NCBI GenBank assembly: GCA_033764315.1
Contig: JANRJA010000208.1
Coordinates: forward strand, 1 to 16,277
Direction: 5' to 3'
Length of the DNA stretch: 16,277 nucleotides
From: Oculatellaceae cyanobacterium bins.114
GTDB lineage: Bacteria > Cyanobacteriota > Cyanobacteriia > Elainellales > Elainellaceae
Shown: one piece after another, positions 8,111 to 16,277 of the stretch
Position numbering within the stretch: the first letter of the stretch is position 1
Layout: each line of letters starts with the position of its first letter
Notes under the pieces: model-generated
What the model was told of the DNA's origin: nothing
Seen by the model: only the letters and a program-made list of their open reading frames with translations
The model's database searches: none
Program-made: the position numbers and the translations under genes

Positions 8111-9010
8111 ATGAACGCAGCAATTGGTAAACCTCAGGTCATTTTAGAGGCTCGTGCCCGTTTGGGTGAAAGTCCCCTATGGGATGCAACGAACCAGACT
8201 TTATACTGGGTTGATATTCATAACCATCGGGTACATCGATTTGATCCCACAACTAAAGCAGATTGTTTCTTTGATGTCGGAGATGTCGTAGGCCCGATCG
8301 CTCTTGCAGGTGCTCATCGGTTAATCATGGCTCAGCGCGATCGCCTTGCTTTTCTCGACACAAAAACTGGCGAACTGACTCCCCTTTTTTCACTAGAGAT
8401 AGACCAACCCGAAAATCGCTTTAATGATGGCAAATGCGATGCTCAAGGACGATTTTGGTTTGGCTCGATGCACCCTGATAAGCCTCAAGGAAACTTATAT
8501 CGCTTAGATCCTGACTATTCGTTGCATGTCATGGAGACGGGACTAACAATTCCCAATGGCATGGGCTGGAGCCTGGATGAAACGCGGTTTTATCTAACGG
8601 ACTCTCCCCGACAAACAATCTATGTTTATGCATTTGATGCTATCAGTGGAGCCATTAGCGATCGCCGTCCCTTCATCGATTTAACCGATGAATCCTTTTA
8701 CCCGGATGGGCTAACTATCGACGCTGAGGGTTGTCTGTGGTCAGCCATGTGGGATGGGTGGTGTGTGATTCGCTTTGATCCGCAAGGACAAGAAATGACC
8801 CGCATCTCTCTGCCTGTGCAGTGCCCAAGCAGTTGCATCTTCGGAGATTCTGACTTGTCAACGCTTTACATCACCACCGTTTCTGTAGGATTGAGTCAAC
8901 CACAAATCGAACGCAGCTTTCACTCTGGTGATCTGTTTTGTGTGTCCACCAACGTCACCGGATTGCCAGCCCACTCATTCAAGGCAAAATCTGAATATCA
9001 GAATAGGTAA
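8111..9010 (+). CDS. SMP-30/gluconolactonase/LRE family protein
   Basis: LGESPLWD, LYWVDI, RFNDGKCDAQGRFWFGSM, PNGMGWS and PDGLTIDAEG motifs. Confidence 0.92.
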   Translation: MNAAIGKPQVILEARARLGESPLWDATNQTLYWVDIHNHRVHRFDPTTKADCFFDVGDVVGPIALAGAHRLIMAQRDRLAFLDTKTGELTPLFSLEIDQPENRFNDGKCDAQGRFWFGSMHPDKPQGNLYRLDPDYSLHVMETGLTIPNGMGWSLDETRFYLTDSPRQTIYVYAFDAISGAISDRRPFIDLTDESFYPDGLTIDAEGCLWSAMWDGWCVIRFDPQGQEMTRISLPVQCPSSCIFGDSDLSTLYITTVSVGLSQPQIERSFHSGDLFCVSTNVTGLPAHSFKAKSEYQNR

Positions 9011-9033
9011 GGTGTTCTAACTCTACCGAGAAT

Positions 9034-9570
9034 CTATTGCAAAGTGGCTGCACCAAACGTGGCGTTAAATTTGCGACACCAGATCAAAGCCGATTGATAG
9101 TCTTCTAGATTGATATTGTCAGGAATGGCATAGGTTTGAGCACCATCAAACCGTTGCAGCGGAGCCAAAACAACATAATCGCCTTCATTAATGGAGTAAG
9201 CCGGAGGAGTTGTCGTCTCAATCACATTAGGCAACCGATGCAAGGCAACCACCAGATCAGGGCCTAACTCAGAAGTTTTGAAGGTTGGGTCTAATTCCAA
9301 TACCAACGCCCCATTTTGGCGAACAATACGGACAGTCCCCTCAGTCGGATGCTCACCAGAGACAAACGAACCTGATGTCACAACTGAGTCAGCCCCGGCT
9401 TGAGCCACAGGTGTAGTGGTTGGAGATGACATCGCCTCAGCAGGGCTTGATTGAGCACCAGGGCTTTCAGCCGATGGGATTGTTGCTCCACCGCCACTCG
9501 TACAACTCACTGCCAGTGCAGCAACAATCCCCAATGGCACCCAGGTTTTAATCGGCAAACGAGTTTTCAT
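9034..9570 (-). CDS. DM13 domain lipoprotein
   Basis: Lipobox-like LAVSC after a hydrophobic stretch. DM13 motifs GSFVSGEHPTEG, GPDL and IWCRKFNATFGAA. Start placed at ATG 9570 (GGAG 7 nt upstream). Confidence 0.85.
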   Translation of the reverse strand: MKTRLPIKTWVPLGIVAALAVSCTSGGGATIPSAESPGAQSSPAEAMSSPTTTPVAQAGADSVVTSGSFVSGEHPTEGTVRIVRQNGALVLELDPTFKTSELGPDLVVALHRLPNVIETTTPPAYSINEGDYVVLAPLQRFDGAQTYAIPDNINLEDYQSALIWCRKFNATFGAATLQ

Positions 9571-9713
9571 AATCAGTCTCCACTTTTCAGTCATCGCTTA
9601 GAGCTTTGCTTGACTCTAGGATGACCCGTGCGATCGCCCCCCAAATGATAACTCCTTAAAAAGACGTTGATAAACCTTTCAACTCATCCTCATCTCCCTT
9701 TCAGCAATCGCCT

Positions 9714-9751
9714 AAGAAAAAGCAGAGGTGTGACATCGCATCACCTCTGCT
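9714..9751 (-). terminator. Intrinsic terminator of the DUF4347/RTX gene
   Basis: 10-bp stem AGCAGAGGTG (9721-9730) / CACCTCTGCT (9742-9751), followed on the minus strand by TTTTCTT. Confidence 0.65.
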
Positions 9752-9782
9752 CCAACTCCACCAAGATCAACTTAAATAGCCA

Positions 9783-11957
9783 TTAACGAATCACAAAATT
9801 TCGAGGAGTCATTGTGTTGGCTGCAACATTTTGCAATGTGGCAAGCATTGTGAAATCAGTGCCACTGCCACTGCCATCCGCATCGACTCTAACTTCTGTG
9901 TTAGCTCCTACCTGCACAAGTTGCACAAATTGGCTAAACTGCACAAACGAAGTAGCACCGCTAAATGCAGATTGAGCAAAGATTTGGCGCAGGTCAATCA
10001 CATCTTCGGTCTTGAAGTCAGCAATAGTATCAACTCCTTCATCTAAGGCGTTGAAGGTAAACATATCGCGACCACGACCACCGCGAAGAGTGTCGTTGCC
10101 AGTGCCACCGACTAGAATGTCGTTGCCATTCCCTCCTAGCAAGCGATCGCTGCCAGCACCACCCAAGAGCATATCGCGACCATTGCCACCATCTAGCAGA
10201 TCGTCTCCGTTACCACCATCTAGATAGTCTCGACCACCACCCGCAAACAGTTGATCATTGCCATCGCCACCAAATAGACGATCCTGTCCCATGCTGGACT
10301 GACGGAACCCACTAATGATGCGATCGTTGCCACCCGATCCATAAAGCGTATCACTACCCCAACTACCTCTGATTACCTCGGCTCGTCGCGTTCCCTGATG
10401 CTGAACACCTCTGTCTTGTCCAGGCTGTACAATAATTACTTGCGTAGGAATCCCAGTCGGTTCTGCTGGTTCAACCAAGACATCAAAAGTTTCTGTAGTA
10501 GTCGCTGTTCCATCACTAACTGTCAATGTAATGGTAGTTAAGCCTGTTTGAGTCGTTGGAGTTAGAGTAATAGTTCGATTTGCTCCAGCACCACCTAAGA
10601 TGATGTTGGCATCTGGAATCAGGCTGGAGTTGCTAGAAGTTGCAGATATGGTCAGGGAATCCGCTGCTGTTTCAGCATCACCTATAGTAAATGCGATCGG
10701 TGCTGTGGCAGTTGCCTCAAGAGTCCTTTGATTAACAATTTCACTAATGGTTGGATCTGTGTTTCCAATTTTCCCACCTCGAACAGGGAAGGAAAATACA
10801 CCAGGAGTTCCATTGTTAGTTTCATTCTCCAAGTTGAGCATAGCCGTGGCATTGCCGGATTGAGGAAGCTGAAAGTAGGCAGTTCCGTTTCCAGCAGACC
10901 ATCCTGCAACAGCGTTACGTAAATTCCAGTTGATTGATTCATACCGCAGCTCGATATCAAAATCGCCATTACCTTGGTCAATCAGCCGGATTTGAAAAGC
11001 GTTAGAGCTAGCTCCTCCTGAATAGGGCGCAACATCATCCCAAGTAAATGTAACTACACGATTGGTGCTGTCTAGATCCCAATAAATTCGGTTAGAACCA
11101 GTAGAAGTACCACTTGGAGTTTGACCAGCGTTTGTTTTCCTGACATCAATATCGTCGAAGAAAGCAGCAATAATAGGTCTACCTGTGTTTCCAGTGATAG
11201 CTGTTGGCGTAAAGCTGCTTGAACCACTCCCAAAGGTAATGTTTCCATTAGTACTGAGAAATGCCCTGGTGTAAGTAGTACCAAAGAAATTTATCCCATT
11301 GGCAAACACAGGAGTAATATCAATTTCAACAAACGTATCATCTACGACGGGTGCTGTATTTTCACCAAATCCAGCAGAGCCACCTAACCCGCTAATGAGA
11401 TCTGCTAAGACACCTTTGTAACTCTCCATGACAGCCTGTTCAAAGGGTAATGGATGAGCAAGTGTGTGAGTACTAACTTCAAGTTGCCAGTCACCACCTA
11501 GAGCTTTGTTACCTGTCAAATTTTTGGAGGCAGCGATCGCGGCTCCAGTCAAAGCATGCAATTGCTCGATAAACTCAGCACCAGCATCGCCAGCAGCAAC
11601 ATTGCAACCATAGAGCAAAATGGAGGATGCAGACCAGGCTTGCAGATCCCAAGAGTACAGTTCCAGGGTTTGCAGGCTGAGTTGAGTATTACCCAAAAAG
11701 AGCGTACCGGGTGCGCCATGAGAGACAATGTGTAAGCTGTCAATTTCAGGATGTTGCTGCAAAGCCTCGGTAATCTGCTCAACTCCATCGCGTTGGGAGT
11801 CTAATAGAACCGCGATCGCCCCTGGAACAACACCTGCCAACAACGTTGCAGTATCAGCAACACTGGCATCAATGATGACTAAAATCGAACTCAAATCAGT
11901 CGGTGCTGGAGTAGAAGAGCACCCTTGTTTTTTTGCCATGCCAACAGAGCCAGCCAT
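9783..11957 (-). CDS. Secreted DUF4347 - NIDO-like - cadherin/Ig-like - RTX Ca-binding protein (T1SS substrate)
   Basis: DUF4347 (LHIVSHGAPG, LLYGCNVAAG, LGGDWQLE). NIDO-like (INFFGTTY, NGNITFG, IAAFFDDID, NAFQIRL). Ig/cadherin-like (FTIGDAET...ITLTVSDG). Multiple GGxGxD nonapeptides, and a C-terminal DTIADF..DVIDL...NFV tail. Start uncertain (11963/11957/11939). Confidence 0.85.
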   Translation of the reverse strand: MAGSVGMAKKQGCSSTPAPTDLSSILVIIDASVADTATLLAGVVPGAIAVLLDSQRDGVEQITEALQQHPEIDSLHIVSHGAPGTLFLGNTQLSLQTLELYSWDLQAWSASSILLYGCNVAAGDAGAEFIEQLHALTGAAIAASKNLTGNKALGGDWQLEVSTHTLAHPLPFEQAVMESYKGVLADLISGLGGSAGFGENTAPVVDDTFVEIDITPVFANGINFFGTTYTRAFLSTNGNITFGSGSSSFTPTAITGNTGRPIIAAFFDDIDVRKTNAGQTPSGTSTGSNRIYWDLDSTNRVVTFTWDDVAPYSGGASSNAFQIRLIDQGNGDFDIELRYESINWNLRNAVAGWSAGNGTAYFQLPQSGNATAMLNLENETNNGTPGVFSFPVRGGKIGNTDPTISEIVNQRTLEATATAPIAFTIGDAETAADSLTISATSSNSSLIPDANIILGGAGANRTITLTPTTQTGLTTITLTVSDGTATTTETFDVLVEPAEPTGIPTQVIIVQPGQDRGVQHQGTRRAEVIRGSWGSDTLYGSGGNDRIISGFRQSSMGQDRLFGGDGNDQLFAGGGRDYLDGGNGDDLLDGGNGRDMLLGGAGSDRLLGGNGNDILVGGTGNDTLRGGRGRDMFTFNALDEGVDTIADFKTEDVIDLRQIFAQSAFSGATSFVQFSQFVQLVQVGANTEVRVDADGSGSGTDFTMLATLQNVAANTMTPRNFVIR

Positions 11958-12128
11958 CTTCAAATGCCTTTCAATGAGTGATAAAAAATGTGGTGTAGCG
12001 AAGGAAGGGGGCGAGTGTAAAGGGGAGTTGCAAAGGGGATTGCAACCATCAGGAATCAGTTTTATCGCTTGGATAGGGTCAGTGTTCCCACTCTATTGAT
12101 CTGATCAACAAAATATAAAAAATAGGGG

Positions 12129-12206
12129 TAGTTCTAAACAAAAGGATGTGCCTTGCCGTACGTCAGGGTACATCCTTTTTCCAAAATCATTACTTTTAGA
12201 GCACTA
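12129..12206 (-). repeat. MITE-like dispersed hairpin element, copy 2 (family A)
   Basis: Minus strand TAGTGCTCTAAAAGTAATGATTTTGGAAAAAGGATGT...ACATCCTTTTGTTTAGAACTA. Lies 13 bp beyond the tpsA stop. Confidence 0.8.
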
Positions 12207-12219
12207 CCGTGTTGTCAGG

Positions 12220-15200
12220 TTAAGGAGAGGGGAGTGTTGTGGGAGAGCAAAGAGCAGAGCTGTGATTAAAATCTTGAATCACTCCGCTAGGGGCTTGAGC
12301 CACTAACGACATTTTGCCATCGGCATCGCGCCCAAAGGCTTGAGCTTCTGTAATCTGGTTGGGTCGTTGGGGGCGTTGAGCAGGAGACAAGTCAGAGATG
12401 TTAGCAGACAGAGGGGTTGATTGACTAGAGGGAGTGACCGTTTCCCAGCCAACGACATAGGCATCGGTTCTGAGTTGCTCGGTTGGGCTAGGAGGCAACC
12501 CACCTCGTCCTGTCACCACTAGGCTTCCTTGACTGCCTGCGATCGCTCCATCCGCAGAACAGCCTTGAGCAATCAATCTAGATGCATCAACAATGTCAGA
12601 GGGCAGATTAGTGACTCCTCGCAGTGGATCGGTGTCAGGCGTCTGAATGATGACTTCACCACTCAAGTCAGGGTTGACTTGAGAAATGGCTGTAATATCG
12701 CTGGTGCCTAGATTAGCAGGGTCGAGTTGGGTTGGATCACTCGTACCCAACAGGGCTGCCAATTCTGTGCGGCTGCGAGGAACGAGTCCAAAAATGCCTT
12801 GTGTGGTGATGCTCACTCGTCCCCCCTGTCCTGTGAAAGCATTGGCGGTAATATCATTGTTCTCACTGGGTACAGCGACTAAAAACGGAGTGTCGATCAC
12901 AATATTGCCTCCGTTTCCTCCAGTTCTGGCGGTTCCAGCCGTGGTTGAAATGCGACTTCCTCGTCTCATTACCACGACATCCCCAATTTGCAAAACAATA
13001 TTGCCACCCGTATTACTTGCTGTTTCAGCCGTGAGCAGTCCACGATCATCGAGCACCAGAGAGTCAGCCTGAATGGTAATGTCGCCTCCCGTGCCACTGC
13101 CTTGACTATCAACGGCAATCTGAGCGCGATCGCGAATGCCTACTTGATTAGGGTTACGAATGGTGATGCTGCCACTATTGCCAGTAGCGGTGGCGGTTGT
13201 GCTGGCTAAAATACCACTGTTATTGCCTTCTATTTCCAACACATCACTGATGTTAAGGGCAATGTTTCCAGCATTCCCGGCTCCTTGGGTGACAGCCGTT
13301 AGACGTGCTCCATTGGACACCGTTAGAGATGGAGTTGTAAGGGTAAGGGTGCCTCCCTGTCCACTGGAGTTCTCACCGACAAATACAGCGATTTGACTAA
13401 TCCGATCGGTGAGACTGGGGTTGGTAAATAAAGCAGCCCCATCTACAAGGACAGACTCGGTGGCGTTGATAATAACGTTACCTGCATTGCCACTGCCATC
13501 CGTCGAAGTGGAGACCGAGCCGCCATCAGTAACCGACAACACAGGCGTGTTAATGGCTACAGTACCCGCATTACCCACGGCTCCTGTAAACACTTCACTG
13601 GTAATTAAACTTTGATGGGTCAGGTTATCAAACGCCGTGAACACCGTTCCATCGACCAAGACAGAGTCAGTGGCATTGATCGTGACATTGCCTGCATTGC
13701 CAACGCCAAAAGCACTGGTTGAAACGGCAGCACTCTGTTGTAGGGATAGGGTGTCAGTGTTAATAGTGACGTTGCCGCTGTTGGCTCCAGTAGCCGAAAA
13801 TGACGCACTGAAAATAGAGGCTGGGGCAAACACTCCTCCACTCAAGTTACCAGGCTGAAAGCCTCTTAGAGAAATAGTTTGGGCCGTCACATTGACATTG
13901 CCAGCATCCCCCGCTCCCAATGCCAGCGACCCTAGTTGAGCACCTCTCACCGCCGAGAGTGTGTCGGTTTGAATTTCAACAGCCCCACCTCTACCAGTAG
14001 AGTCTGGTTGGGCAAAGCTACCCAAAAATGAGTAATCTAGCGCGATCGCCTCTGCATTGACGACAAATCGACCCGCATCACCCGACGCAAATGCAACGGT
14101 CGCTAGTGTAGATTGGTTAGTGCTCAAGGAGTCAGTTTGGATAATCAGATTTCCACCCGTGGCCTCACCATAGCTGCTGCTAAGGACGTTGCCACCAATG
14201 GAAATTCTGGGAGCCGTAAAACGGACATCGCCTCCGGTCTCTGAACCCAATGAGCCACTTTCAATAAAGCTCAATTGCCCCGCCGGAGTCCCAAAGGTAG
14301 CATCTGCCTGCACGATCGCCGTATCACTACTGAGTGTAATGCTTCCGCCTCGTAGCCCATAGGCAAAGATAAACGATGGATAGGGCAATACAATATCGCG
14401 ATCGCCCAACAAGGTAACGTTACCCGCATCGCCCGCAATATCGAATGTGCTGCTATCTCCACCAGAGGTATCAATCAACTCAGCCGTTACAGTCCCCCGC
14501 GAGTCAATCACCACAGACCCTCCTCCAGCCAAGGATGAGGTATTGATTTGACCCACAGAAATGTTGCCAGCCAGATCGGCATTGGGCGCAAACTGGTTGG
14601 TTAACAACACCAACCCACCCGGATTGACAATACTGCCGATCGCAATATTGGCGCGAGTGGGAGTGCTACCCGCTTGGGGTGTACCAAAAAATTGAGTTGT
14701 TCCGGCGCGAATGTCGAGGGTTGGTTGGGTGGTGCCATTGACTGCAACCGATGTGCCGTTAGAGAGCACAACCGTGCTGTCATTAAAAGGCCCTCCCGCA
14801 CTCGTGATCGTGATTTCTCCAGGAATGGAGACACTGCCCCCCGCCAAAATTTGCAGAGATGCTCCGGTGTAACTATCCAGGCTAAAATTACCTGCCACTT
14901 CAAACACAGGGTCTTGAATGCTTTGCAGTGTGCCTAAACTTCCATCAAGCCGTTGAGTGGTGAAGTTGCCGCCAGCAGTGAAGTGGGTATCTCCAATCAC
15001 GGTTCCATTCGAGCGCAGCGTCATATCTCCGCCAGAAAACAAACCACTGCCTGGGTGACTCAGGGCAGTGATGTCAATTTGTTGATTGCCTTGCACCAAT
15101 AGTTGATGACCCGCAGAGGCAACAAACGCTGTCGTAGCACTGTCGCGGGCTGTGATTTGATCAGCTGCAAATAACGTCAGATCATTTCCTGCTCGCACTT

Positions 15201-15837
15201 GCCCACTCAGGTTCAGTCGATCTGCCGCTAACGTCACATCGCCCCCAGCTTGCAAATTGCCCTGATTGGCGATCGCAGACCCAGTTGGAATGGCTCCATA
15301 TTGCAACCCTGGCTGAATGTTGACCACAACCAGCGGTGGAACTTGCGGATCAGTAGCACTAAACTCTAGCCCATTGCCCAACGAAAGACTGCTGGCCGTA
15401 CTAGCAACAAAAGCTCCACGCACATCGAGTTGAGCATTAGGCCCAAAAACAATGCCATTAGGGTTGATCAAAAACAGATTAGCACTACCCAAAACACCTA
15501 ACGTGCCATTGATATCTGAACGAGTATTGCCTGTAATACGACTGATGATGTTTTCAATACTGCGAGGATTGGAAAAATAAACCCGTTGCTGACTCCCCAC
15601 ATTGAAATCTAGAAAACTGTGAAATAGGGCATTGTTACGAATCGCCCCTCCATCAATTTGCTCGATTAGCCCGCGTTCGGTGACAACATTGGAATTCACA
15701 ACTGAGTGTTCATTCCCCAAGGTGTTGTCAGGTCGAATTTGCGCGATCGCCCCTTCTGCAAAACTAGCCCAAACCCCAATTGTGGCGATCGCCAGAGCGA
15801 TACTTGCTAAATTGCGCTGAAGCGGTCGTTGCATCAT
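12220..15837 (-). CDS. Filamentous haemagglutinin-family TpsA exoprotein
   Basis: Signal peptide ending AIA|Q, TPS domain (LFHSFLDFNV, NLFLINPNGIVFG), G-N-A-G-x-V-x-I beta-helix repeats, and the cyanobacterial C-terminal TGRGGLPPSP motif. Start placed at ATG 15837 rather than TTG 15858. Confidence 0.9.
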   Translation of the reverse strand: MMQRPLQRNLASIALAIATIGVWASFAEGAIAQIRPDNTLGNEHSVVNSNVVTERGLIEQIDGGAIRNNALFHSFLDFNVGSQQRVYFSNPRSIENIISRITGNTRSDINGTLGVLGSANLFLINPNGIVFGPNAQLDVRGAFVASTASSLSLGNGLEFSATDPQVPPLVVVNIQPGLQYGAIPTGSAIANQGNLQAGGDVTLAADRLNLSGQVRAGNDLTLFAADQITARDSATTAFVASAGHQLLVQGNQQIDITALSHPGSGLFSGGDMTLRSNGTVIGDTHFTAGGNFTTQRLDGSLGTLQSIQDPVFEVAGNFSLDSYTGASLQILAGGSVSIPGEITITSAGGPFNDSTVVLSNGTSVAVNGTTQPTLDIRAGTTQFFGTPQAGSTPTRANIAIGSIVNPGGLVLLTNQFAPNADLAGNISVGQINTSSLAGGGSVVIDSRGTVTAELIDTSGGDSSTFDIAGDAGNVTLLGDRDIVLPYPSFIFAYGLRGGSITLSSDTAIVQADATFGTPAGQLSFIESGSLGSETGGDVRFTAPRISIGGNVLSSSYGEATGGNLIIQTDSLSTNQSTLATVAFASGDAGRFVVNAEAIALDYSFLGSFAQPDSTGRGGAVEIQTDTLSAVRGAQLGSLALGAGDAGNVNVTAQTISLRGFQPGNLSGGVFAPASIFSASFSATGANSGNVTINTDTLSLQQSAAVSTSAFGVGNAGNVTINATDSVLVDGTVFTAFDNLTHQSLITSEVFTGAVGNAGTVAINTPVLSVTDGGSVSTSTDGSGNAGNVIINATESVLVDGAALFTNPSLTDRISQIAVFVGENSSGQGGTLTLTTPSLTVSNGARLTAVTQGAGNAGNIALNISDVLEIEGNNSGILASTTATATGNSGSITIRNPNQVGIRDRAQIAVDSQGSGTGGDITIQADSLVLDDRGLLTAETASNTGGNIVLQIGDVVVMRRGSRISTTAGTARTGGNGGNIVIDTPFLVAVPSENNDITANAFTGQGGRVSITTQGIFGLVPRSRTELAALLGTSDPTQLDPANLGTSDITAISQVNPDLSGEVIIQTPDTDPLRGVTNLPSDIVDASRLIAQGCSADGAIAGSQGSLVVTGRGGLPPSPTEQLRTDAYVVGWETVTPSSQSTPLSANISDLSPAQRPQRPNQITEAQAFGRDADGKMSLVAQAPSGVIQDFNHSSALCSPTTLPSP

Positions 15838-15973
15838 AGTAGGCTCTGGAAAACGCAAAGAACAATGAATGTATGTTATACATACACCAATTAGAACACC
15901 ATATAGATGATCTTTAGATTGTTTTCGTTAAGTTGTATAGAAACATTAGAAATACAAACTGTATAAATTTGGA

Positions 15974-16050
15974 TAGTCCTCTAAAAGTAATGATTTTTGA
16001 GTAAGGATATGCCGCGCGGAGCGCGGCATATCCTTACTTGTTGAGGACTA
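15974..16050 (+). repeat. MITE-like dispersed hairpin element, copy 3 (family A, best preserved)
   Basis: Terminal IR TAGTCCTC / GAGGACTA, head CTAAAAGTAATGATTTT, and a perfect 18-bp stem AGTAAGGATATGCCGCGC-GGA-GCGCGGCATATCCTTACT (16000-16038). Confidence 0.85.
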
Positions 16051-16090
16051 CCTAAATTTGAAAAGTGAGATTGAAAAGTGACAAATGATT

Positions 16091-16117
16091 GTAGGGGCAC
16101 TGCAATACAATGCCCCT
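16091..16117. repeat. GTAG-headed REP-like imperfect palindrome
   Basis: GTAGGGGCACTGCAATACAATGCCCCT, with AGGGGCA/TGCCCCT arms. Confidence 0.55.
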
Positions 16118-16145
16118 CAAGAAGAACACTAAGATGAGCGATCGC

Positions 16146-16277
16146 TTAACTCAAAATAAAGTTGCTGAGCGAAAGAGAGGTAACGTTGCTAACGGTAATT
16201 TGGCTTGTTACACCATTGTTGAAAGCCGTTAGATTCACCTTATTTCCAGTAATAGACCCTAACAACTGAGCAGACGT
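16146..16277 (-). CDS. C-terminal fragment of a probable RTX/T1SS-secreted protein (enters from right edge)
   Basis: Manual translation: TSAQLLGSITGNKVNLTAFNNGVTSQITVSNVTSLSLSNFILS*. The I-T-x-x-N-V-T-S-L-x-x-x-N-F-I ending resembles RTX C-terminal secretion tails. Not in the ORF track. Confidence 0.6.
   Translation of the reverse strand, partial: TSAQLLGSITGNKVNLTAFNNGVTSQITVSNVTSLSLSNFILS

Noticed and set aside
6889..9594. Peptidase, lactonase and DM13 lipoprotein as one novel system
   Set aside because: Alternating orientations, common stand-alone families, and no sequence evidence of linkage.
12003..12038. G-quadruplex
   Set aside because: Only three G-runs of three or more, with long loops.
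1921..15820. Many short antisense or alternate-frame ORFs (e.g. 2456-2824, 7062-7598, 11728-12099, 12686-13072)
   Set aside because: They overlap well-supported genes and show no family motifs. They are shadows of codon patterns in hydrophobic or Gly/Thr-rich genes.
15871..15885. NtcA binding site
   Set aside because: Spacing is N9, not the canonical GTA-N8-TAC.
16058..16081. TTGAAAAGTGA direct repeat (two copies, 13-nt period)
   Set aside because: Short, AT-rich and wedged between repeats, with no further support for function.
1267..16145. Abundant GCGATCGC octamers as a novel motif
   Set aside because: This is the well-known cyanobacterial HIP1, useful only as a taxonomic clue.

Overview
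Cyanobacterial DNA (about 20 GCGATCGC HIP1 octamers). Left to right: the end of an IS630-like element; a 67-aa hypothetical ORF; a repeat-rich spacer; the low-CO2-inducible CO2-uptake operon ndhF3-ndhD3-cupA-cupS, preceded by four NdhR/CcmR-type ATAG-N8-CTAT boxes; a YpfJ-like Zn metallopeptidase; an SMP-30/gluconolactonase; a DM13 lipoprotein; and a minus-strand cluster of secreted surface proteins (DUF4347-NIDO-cadherin-like-RTX protein, filamentous-haemagglutinin TpsA, and the unannotated C-terminal tail of another probable RTX/T1SS substrate at the right edge). The protein families are all known, and I cannot support a wholly new protein system here. The most unusual signals are non-coding. 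One is a three-copy, TA-bounded ~80-100 bp hairpin MITE-like element: two copies flank the tpsA gene in inverted orientation and one abuts the IS630 end. The other is a nested inverted-repeat element bracketed by an exact 27-bp direct repeat.
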